Shown piece after piece: positions 26,790 to 35,833 of a stretch of 64,000 nt of DNA. Each line of letters starts with the position of its first letter. The first letter of the stretch is position 1. The DNA is taken from positions 16,435 to 80,434 of the IMG/VR virus record IMGVR_UViG_3300036852_000353; one strand, 5' to 3'. A program made the translations under genes and the position numbers. Under the pieces are notes generated by a model. The model was not told the DNA's origin and did not search any database. It was given only the letters and a program-made list of their open reading frames with translations. This DNA is from a virus.

Positions 26790-29681
26790 ATGCCGGGGAG
26801 AATCGCCCCCCTGGCGATGGCCTGGCGCCGCCGTATGGGCGGGACTGCCGGGCCTTTGTCAGCTTCGGGGGAAGCCAGCAACGGGGATCCCGTCCAGATC
26901 GAGATGTACATCAACGGGTCCTGGGTCGACATCACGTCGTATGTGATGGTCCGGGACAACAGTGGGAACATCTCGGTTGCCCGTGGCCGTCGTGATGAAG
27001 GGTCGGCGACCGAGCAGTCCACCTGTCAGATGACGCTGGACAATCGGGACGGCCGTTGGTCGCCGCGCAATCCCACGGGCGCCTACTACGGGTTGATCGG
27101 ACGTAATCAGCCGATCCGTGTGTCGGTCCCCAATGGCCTCGGTGGGAAGTCGTACCGGTTTCAGGGCGAGGTTTCTCTGTGGCCGCAGATGTGGGATCCG
27201 ACCGGTACGGATGTGTACACGGAGATCGAGGCGTCCGGGATTCTGCGCCGTCTTTCGCAGGGGCCTGCGCCGTCCCACTCTGTCCTGTACGACGCACTGA
27301 CGGGGTCGTTCCGCAGCACTCTGCTGGCTTACTGGCCGATGGAGGACGCTGCGGAGTCCTCGAAGCTGTCGACGCCGCTGACCAATGGGTCGGCCATGAC
27401 GTACACGGGGACGCCGGACCTCGCTTCGTTCGACGGTTTCACGGCGTCAGACCCTGTGCCTTCGCTCACTGGCTCTGCTTTCACCGGGAATGTCACGAAA
27501 TTCGACACCTCGTCCATGACGGGGTATCAGATGCGTTTCCTGCTCAACGTTCCCGCAGCGGGGTTCAGCAACCTGGATGCCATCGCGCGCATGCATGTCC
27601 TGGAAGTGGCAGCAGGCGCTTCTCTGCTGAACTACTACGACATCTTCTACAACGATCCTCCGGGCGGTCTGGGAAGCTTCGGCGGGCCGGGGACGCTCAC
27701 TGTTCAGGCGAGGGACGGCGATCAGGCAGATATCGGTGCCAGCGCCTCAATTGCGCTGGACGTACGTGGCCGTCGCCTGTGGGTGTCCCTGGAGATAGCC
27801 ATCAGCGGCACCACGATTACCCCCACACTCCGGGTCCTGGACATCGACAGTGGCGTTACGGACTCTGCTGCCAGCTCACTCGTCTCGACCAGTCTTTCCC
27901 GGGTCGTGTACATGTCGCTGGCGCCCTCCACTCTGGCCGATTCGTCGGCGGGCGTCACCGGCGCATCGGCCGGTCACCTGATTCTGCAGAACAGCATCAC
28001 GTCCATCACCGATCTCGGGCGTCATCTCCAGCCGAACGGTGAGACAGCGGGGCGCCGGGTTGAGCGTCTGTGCGGTGAGAACGGTATTCCTTTCGAGTCG
28101 ATTGGTGACCTCGACAGCAGCACGCAGCTCGGAAATCAGTCCCGGCTCAATCCGCTGGACCTGATGCAGGAAGCCGAGCTGGCGGACACCGGGATGCTGT
28201 ACGAGAGCATGCCGATGCTGGGGCTCGGTTACCGCACGCGACTCGCCCTGGGCAATCAGGATCCGCAGCTCACCCTCAGCTATTCCGGGTTCAACCTGGC
28301 GGAGATCCCGACCCCTGTCGAGGACGACCGGTATATCCAGAACCAGGTCACCGTTACCGTCAGCGACATTTCCCAGACGTATTCACTGTCGGACGGCTCG
28401 GTTCTTTCCACATCGCTGCCGCCCGCCGGTGTCGGTGTGTACGGGACAGATCTGTCGCTGAACCTCAAGGACACGCAGACCGCGATGCTCCGGGACCAGG
28501 CGGCGTGGCGTGTCCATCTGGGGACTGTGGATGAGCCCCGTTATCCGCATATCAGTGTGAATCTGGCGCACAGCAGCTTCACCAGCAATCCGGCGCTCAA
28601 GCAGGCCGTTCTCGGGCTGCGCCAGGGCGACCGGGTTCTCGTGCAGAATCCGCCGTCGTGGCTTCCTCCCGGTGACATTGACCAGATCATCCTCGGGTTC
28701 GAGGAGACGATCACCCATTTCGAGCACCGGGTCACGTTCATCTGTGCTCCGGCCAGCCCCTACAACAATCTTGGCATTCTGGATGCCACGGATGCACGTA
28801 TCGACACCGACGGCTCGGAAGTCCTTTCCGCCATCACGTCGTCGGCCACCACCATGATGGTGATTCCGTCCACGTTCGGCGGCTCACTGTGGACGACGGC
28901 CAACGCCGATGCCCCCTGGAACATCAGGGTCGGTGGCGAAGTCATGACGGTGACCGCGAACACCTCGTCCGTCTACGACAGCTTCACCAGAACCGAGTCG
29001 AACGGCTGGGGCACCGCGAATTCCGGGCAGACCTGGACGGTGGTCGGAACGGCCGCGGATTACGCCGTTGGTTCCGGTATTGGCACGGCGACGTTGCCTG
29101 CGACGGGTATCGCTCACATCACCACCATCACGTCACCCAGCGCGAACACCGACGTGTACGTGTATGTCGGCACCTCGGTCCTTGCCACCGGTGCGTCACT
29201 GCTCGCCGGTCCGGTCGTCCGGTATATCGACAACAACAACCATTACATGGCGAGGATCGAATTCACCACGTCGAACACGTTGATTCTGACTCTGCGCAAA
29301 CGTGTCGGTGGGACGGAGACGTCACTTGCCAGTTACGCCCCGACCGATATCACCCATGTCGCGGGGACGCTGTATGCACTCAGGTTTCAGGTGAATGGAT
29401 CGTCCCTGAAAGCCCGCGTATGGGATACGGGAGCCTCCATCGAGCCGCCGCACTGGCATGTCGAAGCGACTGATACGGCGCTTGTCCTTGCCAGCAGCCT
29501 CGGTACCCGGTGCTTTTCCAACACCGGAAATACGAACGTGAACCCGGTTGTCCAATACGACGGCTATGACCTGCACAACGTACAGACGTTCACGGTCACC
29601 CGATCTGTCAACGCGGTCGTGAAAGCGCAGGTGGCTGGTGAAGACGTCCGTCTGGCAACTCCGACCATCATCTCGCTGTAG
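26790..29681 (+). CDS. Minor tail / baseplate hub-like protein
   Basis: ITSYV...RGRRDE...LTLDN-like N-terminus, YWPMED, DSFTRT...WG lectin-like C-terminal region. Confidence 0.8.
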   Translation: MPGRIAPLAMAWRRRMGGTAGPLSASGEASNGDPVQIEMYINGSWVDITSYVMVRDNSGNISVARGRRDEGSATEQSTCQMTLDNRDGRWSPRNPTGAYYGLIGRNQPIRVSVPNGLGGKSYRFQGEVSLWPQMWDPTGTDVYTEIEASGILRRLSQGPAPSHSVLYDALTGSFRSTLLAYWPMEDAAESSKLSTPLTNGSAMTYTGTPDLASFDGFTASDPVPSLTGSAFTGNVTKFDTSSMTGYQMRFLLNVPAAGFSNLDAIARMHVLEVAAGASLLNYYDIFYNDPPGGLGSFGGPGTLTVQARDGDQADIGASASIALDVRGRRLWVSLEIAISGTTITPTLRVLDIDSGVTDSAASSLVSTSLSRVVYMSLAPSTLADSSAGVTGASAGHLILQNSITSITDLGRHLQPNGETAGRRVERLCGENGIPFESIGDLDSSTQLGNQSRLNPLDLMQEAELADTGMLYESMPMLGLGYRTRLALGNQDPQLTLSYSGFNLAEIPTPVEDDRYIQNQVTVTVSDISQTYSLSDGSVLSTSLPPAGVGVYGTDLSLNLKDTQTAMLRDQAAWRVHLGTVDEPRYPHISVNLAHSSFTSNPALKQAVLGLRQGDRVLVQNPPSWLPPGDIDQIILGFEETITHFEHRVTFICAPASPYNNLGILDATDARIDTDGSEVLSAITSSATTMMVIPSTFGGSLWTTANADAPWNIRVGGEVMTVTANTSSVYDSFTRTESNGWGTANSGQTWTVVGTAADYAVGSGIGTATLPATGIAHITTITSPSANTDVYVYVGTSVLATGASLLAGPVVRYIDNNNHYMARIEFTTSNTLILTLRKRVGGTETSLASYAPTDITHVAGTLYALRFQVNGSSLKARVWDTGASIEPPHWHVEATDTALVLASSLGTRCFSNTGNTNVNPVVQYDGYDLHNVQTFTVTRSVNAVVKAQVAGEDVRLATPTIISL

Positions 29682-29690
29682 GGAGGCAGC

Positions 29691-30218
29691 ATGGCCGCTG
29701 AATCATATCCGACACCTCTGGCCGGTCAGAAGATTACGGCATCGCTGCTGAGGTCCATGCTGCCGCAGGTGGTCAGGAAAACAGCTGACACGTCGAGGTC
29801 CGCCACGACGACTTTCGCCGATGATGACCATCTGGTGTATGCCGCGGAGGCAAGCGCCGTGTACACCATGGTCGGCTGGATCAAGTATTTCGCCGACTCC
29901 ACGCCGGACATCAAGGTGCAGTTCACGGTACCAACGGGATGTTTGGGCGAATGGGCCTGGATGATGCCCGGACAGCTCACTGCCGGTGCCACTGTGAACG
30001 GTTATTCCATCCGGACAGAGACGAATGATGTCGGATCCGGTAACTTCCGTACTGGTTACGGAACGACTGACTCCACTCATTTCACGCCGATGAGCGGTCT
30101 TTTTCGTATGAGCACCACTGCCGGGAATATTGCTCTGCAGTGGGCGCAGAACACTTCGAACGCGACGGCAACCGTCTTGTACACCGACAGCTGGATGCAG
30201 TTTACCCGGATCGCATAA
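29691..30218 (+). CDS. Minor tail protein
   Basis: AGQKITASLL...VRKTAD; synteny. Confidence 0.7.
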   Translation: MAAESYPTPLAGQKITASLLRSMLPQVVRKTADTSRSATTTFADDDHLVYAAEASAVYTMVGWIKYFADSTPDIKVQFTVPTGCLGEWAWMMPGQLTAGATVNGYSIRTETNDVGSGNFRTGYGTTDSTHFTPMSGLFRMSTTAGNIALQWAQNTSNATATVLYTDSWMQFTRIA

Positions 30219-30227
30219 GGAGGATCC

Positions 30228-31145
30228 ATGGCGACGCCTCTGACAGCGGACCATTTCCTCGCCGCCCTCAAGGCCGAGGGCCTGCATGTGGTTGAGCGTG
30301 CCGGATGGCGCACCCACAACCGCGAGGGCCACGGCGGGTGGGGGCCGATGAACGGTGTGGTTATTCATCACACCGCCGGGACCGAGAGCAAAAGCATCGT
30401 CTGGAATGGTGTCACCGGTCTTCCGGGCCCGTTGTGCCACACCCACCTGGGCAAGGACGGCGTGGCGACGATGATTGCGAACGGCCGGGCCAATCACGCC
30501 GGAACGTTTGCGCAGAACGCCCACAACGCCGTGGTGAATGAATCCTCGACGCACCCGTATCCGGACGCCGCGGAGCCGGTCGACGGCAACGCCCACTACT
30601 ACGGCATCGAGATCGAGAATCTCGGCAATGGCCATGACCCCTACCCGGCTGTGCAGTACGAGGCGGCGGTGCGGTGGGCAGCGGCGCTGTGCCGGGCGCA
30701 CGGCTGGTCCGAGGAGTCGGTCATCGGCCACAAGGAGGGCACGCGCCGGAAGATCGACCCCTCTTTCGACATGAAGCTGTTCCGCAAGAACGTGGCCGAG
30801 CGGCTTGCTCATTCGGCCGACTGGACTTCCGGGGAGGAAGATGACATGCCCACGGCAACCGAGATCGCTGACGCGGTGCTCACCCGGGACGGGAAGATCT
30901 CCATTCCAGGCGCTCCGGCGTCCAACCCCACCTACACGCTCGCCAGCACGCAGACCGAGATCCTCAAGCGGATCGACAAGGCGAATGCGGCCATTGCGGC
31001 GCAGCAGGCGGCTATCACCGAGCTGGTGAAGACCGTGGTCTCGCTGGCCTCCAATGTGACGGCCATCGACCCGGATGCGCTCGTCGCGCGTATCACCGGC
31101 GCCATCGAGAGCGTCACCGTACATCTCGATGTTCCGGACAACTGA
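30228..31145 (+). CDS. Endolysin, N-acetylmuramoyl-L-alanine amidase
   Basis: VVIHHTAG, GRANHAG, YGIEIEN, VIGHKE...KIDP. Confidence 0.92.
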   Translation: MATPLTADHFLAALKAEGLHVVERAGWRTHNREGHGGWGPMNGVVIHHTAGTESKSIVWNGVTGLPGPLCHTHLGKDGVATMIANGRANHAGTFAQNAHNAVVNESSTHPYPDAAEPVDGNAHYYGIEIENLGNGHDPYPAVQYEAAVRWAAALCRAHGWSEESVIGHKEGTRRKIDPSFDMKLFRKNVAERLAHSADWTSGEEDDMPTATEIADAVLTRDGKISIPGAPASNPTYTLASTQTEILKRIDKANAAIAAQQAAITELVKTVVSLASNVTAIDPDALVARITGAIESVTVHLDVPDN

Positions 31146-31402
31146 TGGAAGGGAAGCACGCCGTGGCTTCAGCCGCTGTGGAAACGAAGGTGAAGGCGGC
31201 CACCAGCGCAGCCGTCGCCGTAGGCGTCGCAATTGCCCTGCTGAATGGCACTGTGGGCAACTCCCAGCTTCTGGGGGTGCTTCCTGCCTGGGCGCAGGCG
31301 GTCGCGGTCGCGGTCGTGCCACCTGTGGTGACGTTCCTGTCCGGCTGGCAGGCCCGGCACACTCCGCGTTCCGATACGGGCGTACTCACCCCGGAGGACT
31401 GA
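31145..31402 (+). CDS. Holin
   Basis: VETKVKAAT, two TM helices, GWQARHTPR; follows the lysin. Confidence 0.8.
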   Translation: MEGKHAVASAAVETKVKAATSAAVAVGVAIALLNGTVGNSQLLGVLPAWAQAVAVAVVPPVVTFLSGWQARHTPRSDTGVLTPED

Positions 31403-31420
31403 CCCTGAGCGGAGGCGCTC

Positions 31421-31768
31421 ATGCCGGACAACGTCACCCTCGGCGAGGTGATGAGACGCCTGGACGATGTCCGCCTCGACCTCAAGGAAGACATCCGCCA
31501 ACTGCTGCAGATGCTGGAGACCAAGGTTTCCATGGAGCGCTATCAGTTGGAGCAGCTGGCGCGTGATGAGACAGCCCGGATGATCCTGGCCAGAATCCAG
31601 GCCATTGAGGAGTCCCGGGAAAGAGAACAGCAGCAAAAACGCGAGGATGAGCAGAGGCTCGCCGACCGCCGTGCCGCCGACCGCCGCCTGATCTTCACGG
31701 CCATCATCGCGCCCGTGATCATGCTCTTCCTCACGCTGTATCTGAGCGCACGAGGGGCCGGTTCATGA
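31421..31768 (+). CDS. Coiled-coil membrane protein (lysis cassette)
   Basis: Coiled coil plus C-terminal TM helix. Confidence 0.7.
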   Translation: MPDNVTLGEVMRRLDDVRLDLKEDIRQLLQMLETKVSMERYQLEQLARDETARMILARIQAIEESREREQQQKREDEQRLADRRAADRRLIFTAIIAPVIMLFLTLYLSARGAGS

Positions 31769-32406
31769 GCGGGCAGCACAAGGATGCCGTACAGAGCAAG
31801 CGGCGCATGGATGTCGTTTTCGGTCTGCTGGCTTTCGCCGTCCTTGTCGCTTTCGCCGTTCTGGCTTTCTGGGTTCAGAGTCTGTCCAGTGAGCTGCGGG
31901 TTTCCAATGATGCCCGGGATGCGCTGGCGCGTCAGGTCCAGCAGCTCGGGCAGAAGCCGGTGGCTGGTCCGCCGGGCAGCCGTGGAGAGTCAGGTAAGTC
32001 TGTTGTCGGGCCGAAAGGCGACAAGGGAGACAAGGGCGATACGGGACCTGAGGGACCGGCCGGGAAGACCGGCCCGAAGGGTGACAAGGGCGATCCAGGC
32101 AACGAGGGCACGTCAGCTACCGGGAGTCCCGGCACGAACGGCGCGGACGGGTTGCAGGGACCTGCCGGTCCCGCGGGGCCCCAGGGTGAGGCAGGACCGG
32201 CAGGACCGCAGGGGCCCGCTGGCGCGGACGGGGCGGATGGTCAGGACGGTCAGACCTGCCCCGACGGATATGGCCTCCAGGCGCCGAGCTACGATCCGGA
32301 TGCGCTGGTCTGCCGCAAGGACGGTAGCAGCGATCCGTCGCCCACCGACAGCCCGTCCACGGCCGCCATGAGCGGTCTCGATCCTCAGCGTCGTCAGTAC
32401 ACGTGA
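31765..32406 (+). CDS. Membrane-anchored collagen-like protein
   Basis: N-terminal TM, coiled coil, Gly-X-Y repeats, CPDG...C. Confidence 0.8.
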   Translation: MSGQHKDAVQSKRRMDVVFGLLAFAVLVAFAVLAFWVQSLSSELRVSNDARDALARQVQQLGQKPVAGPPGSRGESGKSVVGPKGDKGDKGDTGPEGPAGKTGPKGDKGDPGNEGTSATGSPGTNGADGLQGPAGPAGPQGEAGPAGPQGPAGADGADGQDGQTCPDGYGLQAPSYDPDALVCRKDGSSDPSPTDSPSTAAMSGLDPQRRQYT

Positions 32407-32421
32407 GAGGAGGTGGACTTC

Positions 32422-32472
32422 ATGCTCGACGTTCTCGTACAGGTAATGGTCTCGCTCTCGCTGTTCCTCTGA
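32422..32472 (+). CDS. 16-aa hydrophobic micropeptide MLDVLVQVMVSLSLFL
   Basis: Strong GAGGAGGT RBS. Confidence 0.35.
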   Translation: MLDVLVQVMVSLSLFL

Positions 32473-32487
32473 TTGTAGGGTCGTGCC

Positions 32488-32745
32488 ATGGCTCGCATGT
32501 ATGGGGCGTATGGCCGCCCGCGTTGTCCTTCATGCCGTGCGTCATCCGGTCCTGGCTGTCCTGATCAGTCGCGTGGCAAGCGCGGTCAGCGGCAACTCGA
32601 AGAGCGGCAGTGGCGCCGAGAGGCGGAACCGGACATTCTCGATGTCGAGGAGGAGCTGCGTGCCCTTGACTTCATCGAGAGAACATGGCTGCCCGGCTGG
32701 TATCTTGATCGCTTCGACTTCATATGGATTCGCCCGGTAGAGTGA
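32488..32745 (+). CDS. Hypothetical protein
   Basis: ORF before a terminator; CPSC. Confidence 0.5.
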   Translation: MARMYGAYGRPRCPSCRASSGPGCPDQSRGKRGQRQLEERQWRREAEPDILDVEEELRALDFIERTWLPGWYLDRFDFIWIRPVE

Positions 32746-32778
32746 ATCCGTCCACAACAGTTGAGGCGTGGCACAGTG

Positions 32779-32820
32779 AGGCCCCCGGTTGCTGCTCAGG
32801 CAGCGGCCGGGGGCTTTTCT
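32779..32820. terminator. Bidirectional terminator at the convergence of the two arms
   Basis: gcccccgg...ccgggggc stem plus T-run. Confidence 0.7.
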
Positions 32821-33110
32821 TCGTTGTCGGGGTCCATCAGTTCGTACAGGGCGATGAAGTCGGCCGAGCGGTAGACGCGGGCGTAGCGGCCGGGCTGTCC
32901 TGGGCGGGTGCTGCGTCGTTTGCCTGCGGGTGGCACCTGGTAGTGGTGGTAGCGGGTGAGGTTGCGCAGCTTGGTGACGGTGACGTCGAGAGGGGTGTCC
33001 TCGGGGTCACCGGGCAGCGGGCCGAGGTGGCGGGCGGCGTCGGTGATGGTCCACAGGCGTGCGTCGTCACCGACGGCGGACAGATCCTGGGAGGTCCAGC
33101 CGCGTGTCAT
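32796..33110 (-). CDS. HTH DNA-binding protein
   Basis: LWTITDAARHL...RVYRSADFIALY. Confidence 0.6.
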   Translation of the reverse strand: MTRGWTSQDLSAVGDDARLWTITDAARHLGPLPGDPEDTPLDVTVTKLRNLTRYHHYQVPPAGKRRSTRPGQPGRYARVYRSADFIALYELMDPDNEEKPPAAA

Positions 33111-33325
33111 GTGAGTTCCTTCGGGTAGTCGATCCAGGCGGTTTCGTGCCCGCCCCAGGGACAGGGAACCGGAACGACTTCAGCAACGTCCGACCACTCA
33201 CGGAGTAGTGCCGTGTGTTCGGAGCACTCGTGAACGTGTCCGTACTGGCCGTGGAAGCGTAGGGCGAAGGCCGCCGCCTTCGGGCAGCCGGACCAGCTGC
33301 ATTCGTCAGGCCGCGCGGGTGTCAT
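33107..33325 (-). CDS. Small Cys/His protein
   Basis: CSWSGC...ECSEH; coupled. Confidence 0.65.
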   Translation of the reverse strand: MTPARPDECSWSGCPKAAAFALRFHGQYGHVHECSEHTALLREWSDVAEVVPVPCPWGGHETAWIDYPKELT

Positions 33326-33948
33326 GCCGCCTCCGTCTCGTCCCAGCGGAACGCCAGACCGTTCGCCGTGATGGTGAACTCGGCGGACCAGCGCGGGCGT
33401 TGGTCGTTGTGGTTGCGGCAGTCAGGGTTGACGCAGACGGCGAGGCCGCGGGCCGGGTTCCAGCGCATGGTCTTGTGCTGGCAGTACGGGCAGGGCGGTT
33501 CCTTCTCGCCGGGCTCCCGGGGCAGGCGGTGCAGTCCGCCCGCCGGGTTGAAGTAGACCTCGGCGCGGCGGGCCCAGCCGGTGAAGTAGTTCAGGATGGC
33601 GAGGACATCATTGTCGTCGCAGGCCTCGCAGAGGTTGACCACCGAGTCGACGGCGTAGCGGGTGTTGTCGGCGGAGGAACCCCGCCGCTTCAGGTACCCG
33701 CCGGTGACGCGTTCCTTGAGGTGGATTTCCAGGCGTCGTATCTCCTGGTGGAATTCGAGCGTCAACTCCGCGGCGACAGAATTCCATGGAATGGGCGCCA
33801 CGGAGCGCTTGTGGTGCGGTATCGGCGCCTGATATTCGCCGGTGACCTGCCGGTATGGCACGGCGAGTTCGAGGGTGTTGTGGAGGCGAAGTGCGTGGTC
33901 GGCGGTGGTGCGCAGGCGTGCGCGGAGGCTCCCCGGCTCATGGATCAT
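33322..33948 (-). CDS. Hypothetical protein with C-terminal Zn ribbon
   Basis: CPYC...CVNPDC. Confidence 0.75.
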   Translation of the reverse strand: MIHEPGSLRARLRTTADHALRLHNTLELAVPYRQVTGEYQAPIPHHKRSVAPIPWNSVAAELTLEFHQEIRRLEIHLKERVTGGYLKRRGSSADNTRYAVDSVVNLCEACDDNDVLAILNYFTGWARRAEVYFNPAGGLHRLPREPGEKEPPCPYCQHKTMRWNPARGLAVCVNPDCRNHNDQRPRWSAEFTITANGLAFRWDETEAA

Positions 33949-33981
33949 GCTGGAATTGTAACCAGTAATGCGGGAAAGAAA

Positions 33982-34015
33982 GCCCCGCCCCCGGAATTCC
34001 TCCCGGGGGCGGGGC
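33982..34015. terminator. Bidirectional terminator
   Basis: gccccgcccccgg/ccgggggcggggc with A-tract on the left and T-tract on the right. Confidence 0.8.
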
Positions 34016-34064
34016 GCATTTTGTTTTTCTGACGTATTGAATTACGTCGTGGTGTGTCGTGTCA

Positions 34065-34430
34065 TCATCCGTCGTCTGGTTCTTCGGCACCGGCGCCGTG
34101 TGTGCTCACTACGGCCGTGGGGCCCGGTACCCAGTCGCCGCCGCACTTCTTGGGGTCCTGCACCACAATCATCTGGGATCCGTTGTAGTCGGTGTTGGTG
34201 CCCTCGATGAGACGCCACGGCGGGGCGCCCGCCACGCACTTCGTGGAGACGTTGCCGTACCCGTCGGGCATGTTGGTGACGATGGCCGGGGTGTCGTCGC
34301 CACCCTTCTTGCCGGTGCTGCTGGTGGCTACCGGCGCGTCGCCCATGCCCTTGCTGTCGTTGTCCCTGCTGCAGCCGGTGGCCGTCAGAGCGAGAGTGGC
34401 CGCCGCGGCGGCTGCGAGCCAGCGCCTCAT
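34065..34430 (-). CDS. Lipoprotein
   Basis: MRRWLAAAAAATLALTATGC signal peptide and lipobox; ATG overlaps the TerD stop. Confidence 0.85.
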   Translation of the reverse strand: MRRWLAAAAAATLALTATGCSRDNDSKGMGDAPVATSSTGKKGGDDTPAIVTNMPDGYGNVSTKCVAGAPPWRLIEGTNTDYNGSQMIVVQDPKKCGGDWVPGPTAVVSTHGAGAEEPDDG

Positions 34431-35011
34431 GCGTACTGAGCCGCTCGTGCCATCAGGACATCCTGGCTGCTGGCGGTGAAAAGCTCGTCGATCAGCGACA
34501 GCTCCCACTCCTGACCGGCGCGCTTGGCGCGGAGCATGGCGCAGGTGTTCTGGCTGGAGTTGATGGTGACGCGCGAGGGCTCCCACGCCTGGCCGTCGAC
34601 CGTGATCTCCACGGTCACGGAGGAGACGTCGCGGAAGGAGACGCCCGGCTTGTAGGCGGAGATGCAGAAGACGAGTGTGTCGACGTAGGCCGGGACGGTG
34701 GAGAGGTCGACCTCGTGGGCCTCTCGGGAGAGCGGGTCTTTCTTGCCGAAGGGCAGCTTGCGCCCCTTGGCGTCCTTCCCGGCGACGAGAGAGCCGTTGT
34801 TGAAGGGATCGGTGTCGTCGAACCAGCAGATGCCCTTGGCGGCGGTCCCGAGCAGGCCCACGGTAATGATGTCGAGGTCGACACCCACGGCAGACTTCAC
34901 CTTCCCCGCCAGGGACTTGTCGCCGCCGCTGGTGCCCTTCCAGGCGCCCCCCACACGGACATTGCGGCCGGTCACGCGGACGGCGGGGCCGTCCTTCGTC
35001 ATGCTGTGCAT
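34427..35011 (-). CDS. TerD-domain protein
   Basis: GAWK, VDLD, EAHEVDLSTVPAYVDTLVFCISAY...SF, LRAKRAGQEW; GACAAGGAAG RBS. Confidence 0.8.
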   Translation of the reverse strand: MHSMTKDGPAVRVTGRNVRVGGAWKGTSGGDKSLAGKVKSAVGVDLDIITVGLLGTAAKGICWFDDTDPFNNGSLVAGKDAKGRKLPFGKKDPLSREAHEVDLSTVPAYVDTLVFCISAYKPGVSFRDVSSVTVEITVDGQAWEPSRVTINSSQNTCAMLRAKRAGQEWELSLIDELFTASSQDVLMARAAQYA

Positions 35012-35054
35012 AGAGGTGGTTCTCTTCCTTGTCGGTGGTACAGAAGGCAGCCCG

Positions 35055-35404
35055 CTACTGTGCGGACTGCCGGTTTTCCTGCGCGAGGCGGCTGGTGTTC
35101 GCCTCGTTGCGGGCCAGGATCTCGCCGGGCGGTGTCTGTCCCTCCCCGTAGCCGGGGACTTCGTCCAGTGTCCAGACGGTGACCTTCCTCCAGACCCGCA
35201 GGTCCGTGTCATCCGGGTCCTTGGCGAGGTGGTAAGCCTGGATCCTGGTGACCTCGTCCCGGTCCACGCGTTCGTTGGTGGACTGCACCCAAGCGCCATG
35301 GGACAGCTTGGTCTGCATGACGTAGACCGGTTCGGTTTCGATGACGTACCCCTGAAGCTGGTCGATCTTCAGCGGATCGTTCTTCCACAGTTCCTCGTCG
35401 GGCA
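35055..35404 (-). CDS. Hypothetical protein
   Basis: MPDEELWKND..., coding-like composition. Confidence 0.65.
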
Positions 35405-35512
35405 TACGACACCTTTCACCAGGGGCAAAACGCGAGAAACCCGCAGTGCAAGCACCCGAGAGATGAGGAACTTGCACTGCGGGAGCGCCGTGGCATGGGC
35501 CGCGGCGCTTCG

Positions 35513-35586
35513 TACGCACGGAGGGACTTGAACCCCCATCATCCAGGACCTGAACCTGGCGCCTCTGCCAATTGGACTACGTGCGC
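35513..35586 (-). tRNA. tRNA-Leu (CAG) with a short variable loop
   Basis: GCGCACG/CGTGCGT acceptor, A73, CCAGG-TT-CAG-GT-CCTGG, 5-nt variable loop. Confidence 0.85.
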
Positions 35587-35619
35587 TCGTTCACCCGCAG
35601 CTTTGATGCACACGGGTGA

Positions 35620-35647
35620 ACTCTATGCTATTCACTACCCTCATCAA
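35620..35647 (-). promoter_or_regulatory. Possible promoter for tRNA-Leu
   Basis: TTGATG-N16-TAGAGT. Confidence 0.3.
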
Positions 35648-35769
35648 GCGGCAGTCATTGGTGTTTCCTCGCCGGACCACTGCACTCCGGCGAGGAACTG
35701 ATGCGAAACCCCGTCGTGCACTTCCGCATCCACCACTGAGGTGCGTGCATGCGGCATGTCTTCAGGCAC
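35644..35769 (-). CDS. Small hypothetical protein
   Basis: GACAAGGAAG RBS at 35781-35790; GTG start. Confidence 0.4.
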   Translation of the reverse strand: MPEDMPHARTSVVDAEVHDGVSHQFLAGVQWSGEETPMTAA

Positions 35770-35833
35770 ATGCCGCGCACCTTCCTTGTCGGTGCGGGCC
35801 GGAAGACCTCCCCAGGTGCGTCCGGCCCGCGGA

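Noticed and set aside
29703-31322. 539-aa minus-strand ORF
   Set aside because: Antisense to minor tail and lysin genes; no recognisable domain
31960-32260. Gly-X-Y DNA repeats
   Set aside because: Explained by the collagen-like protein
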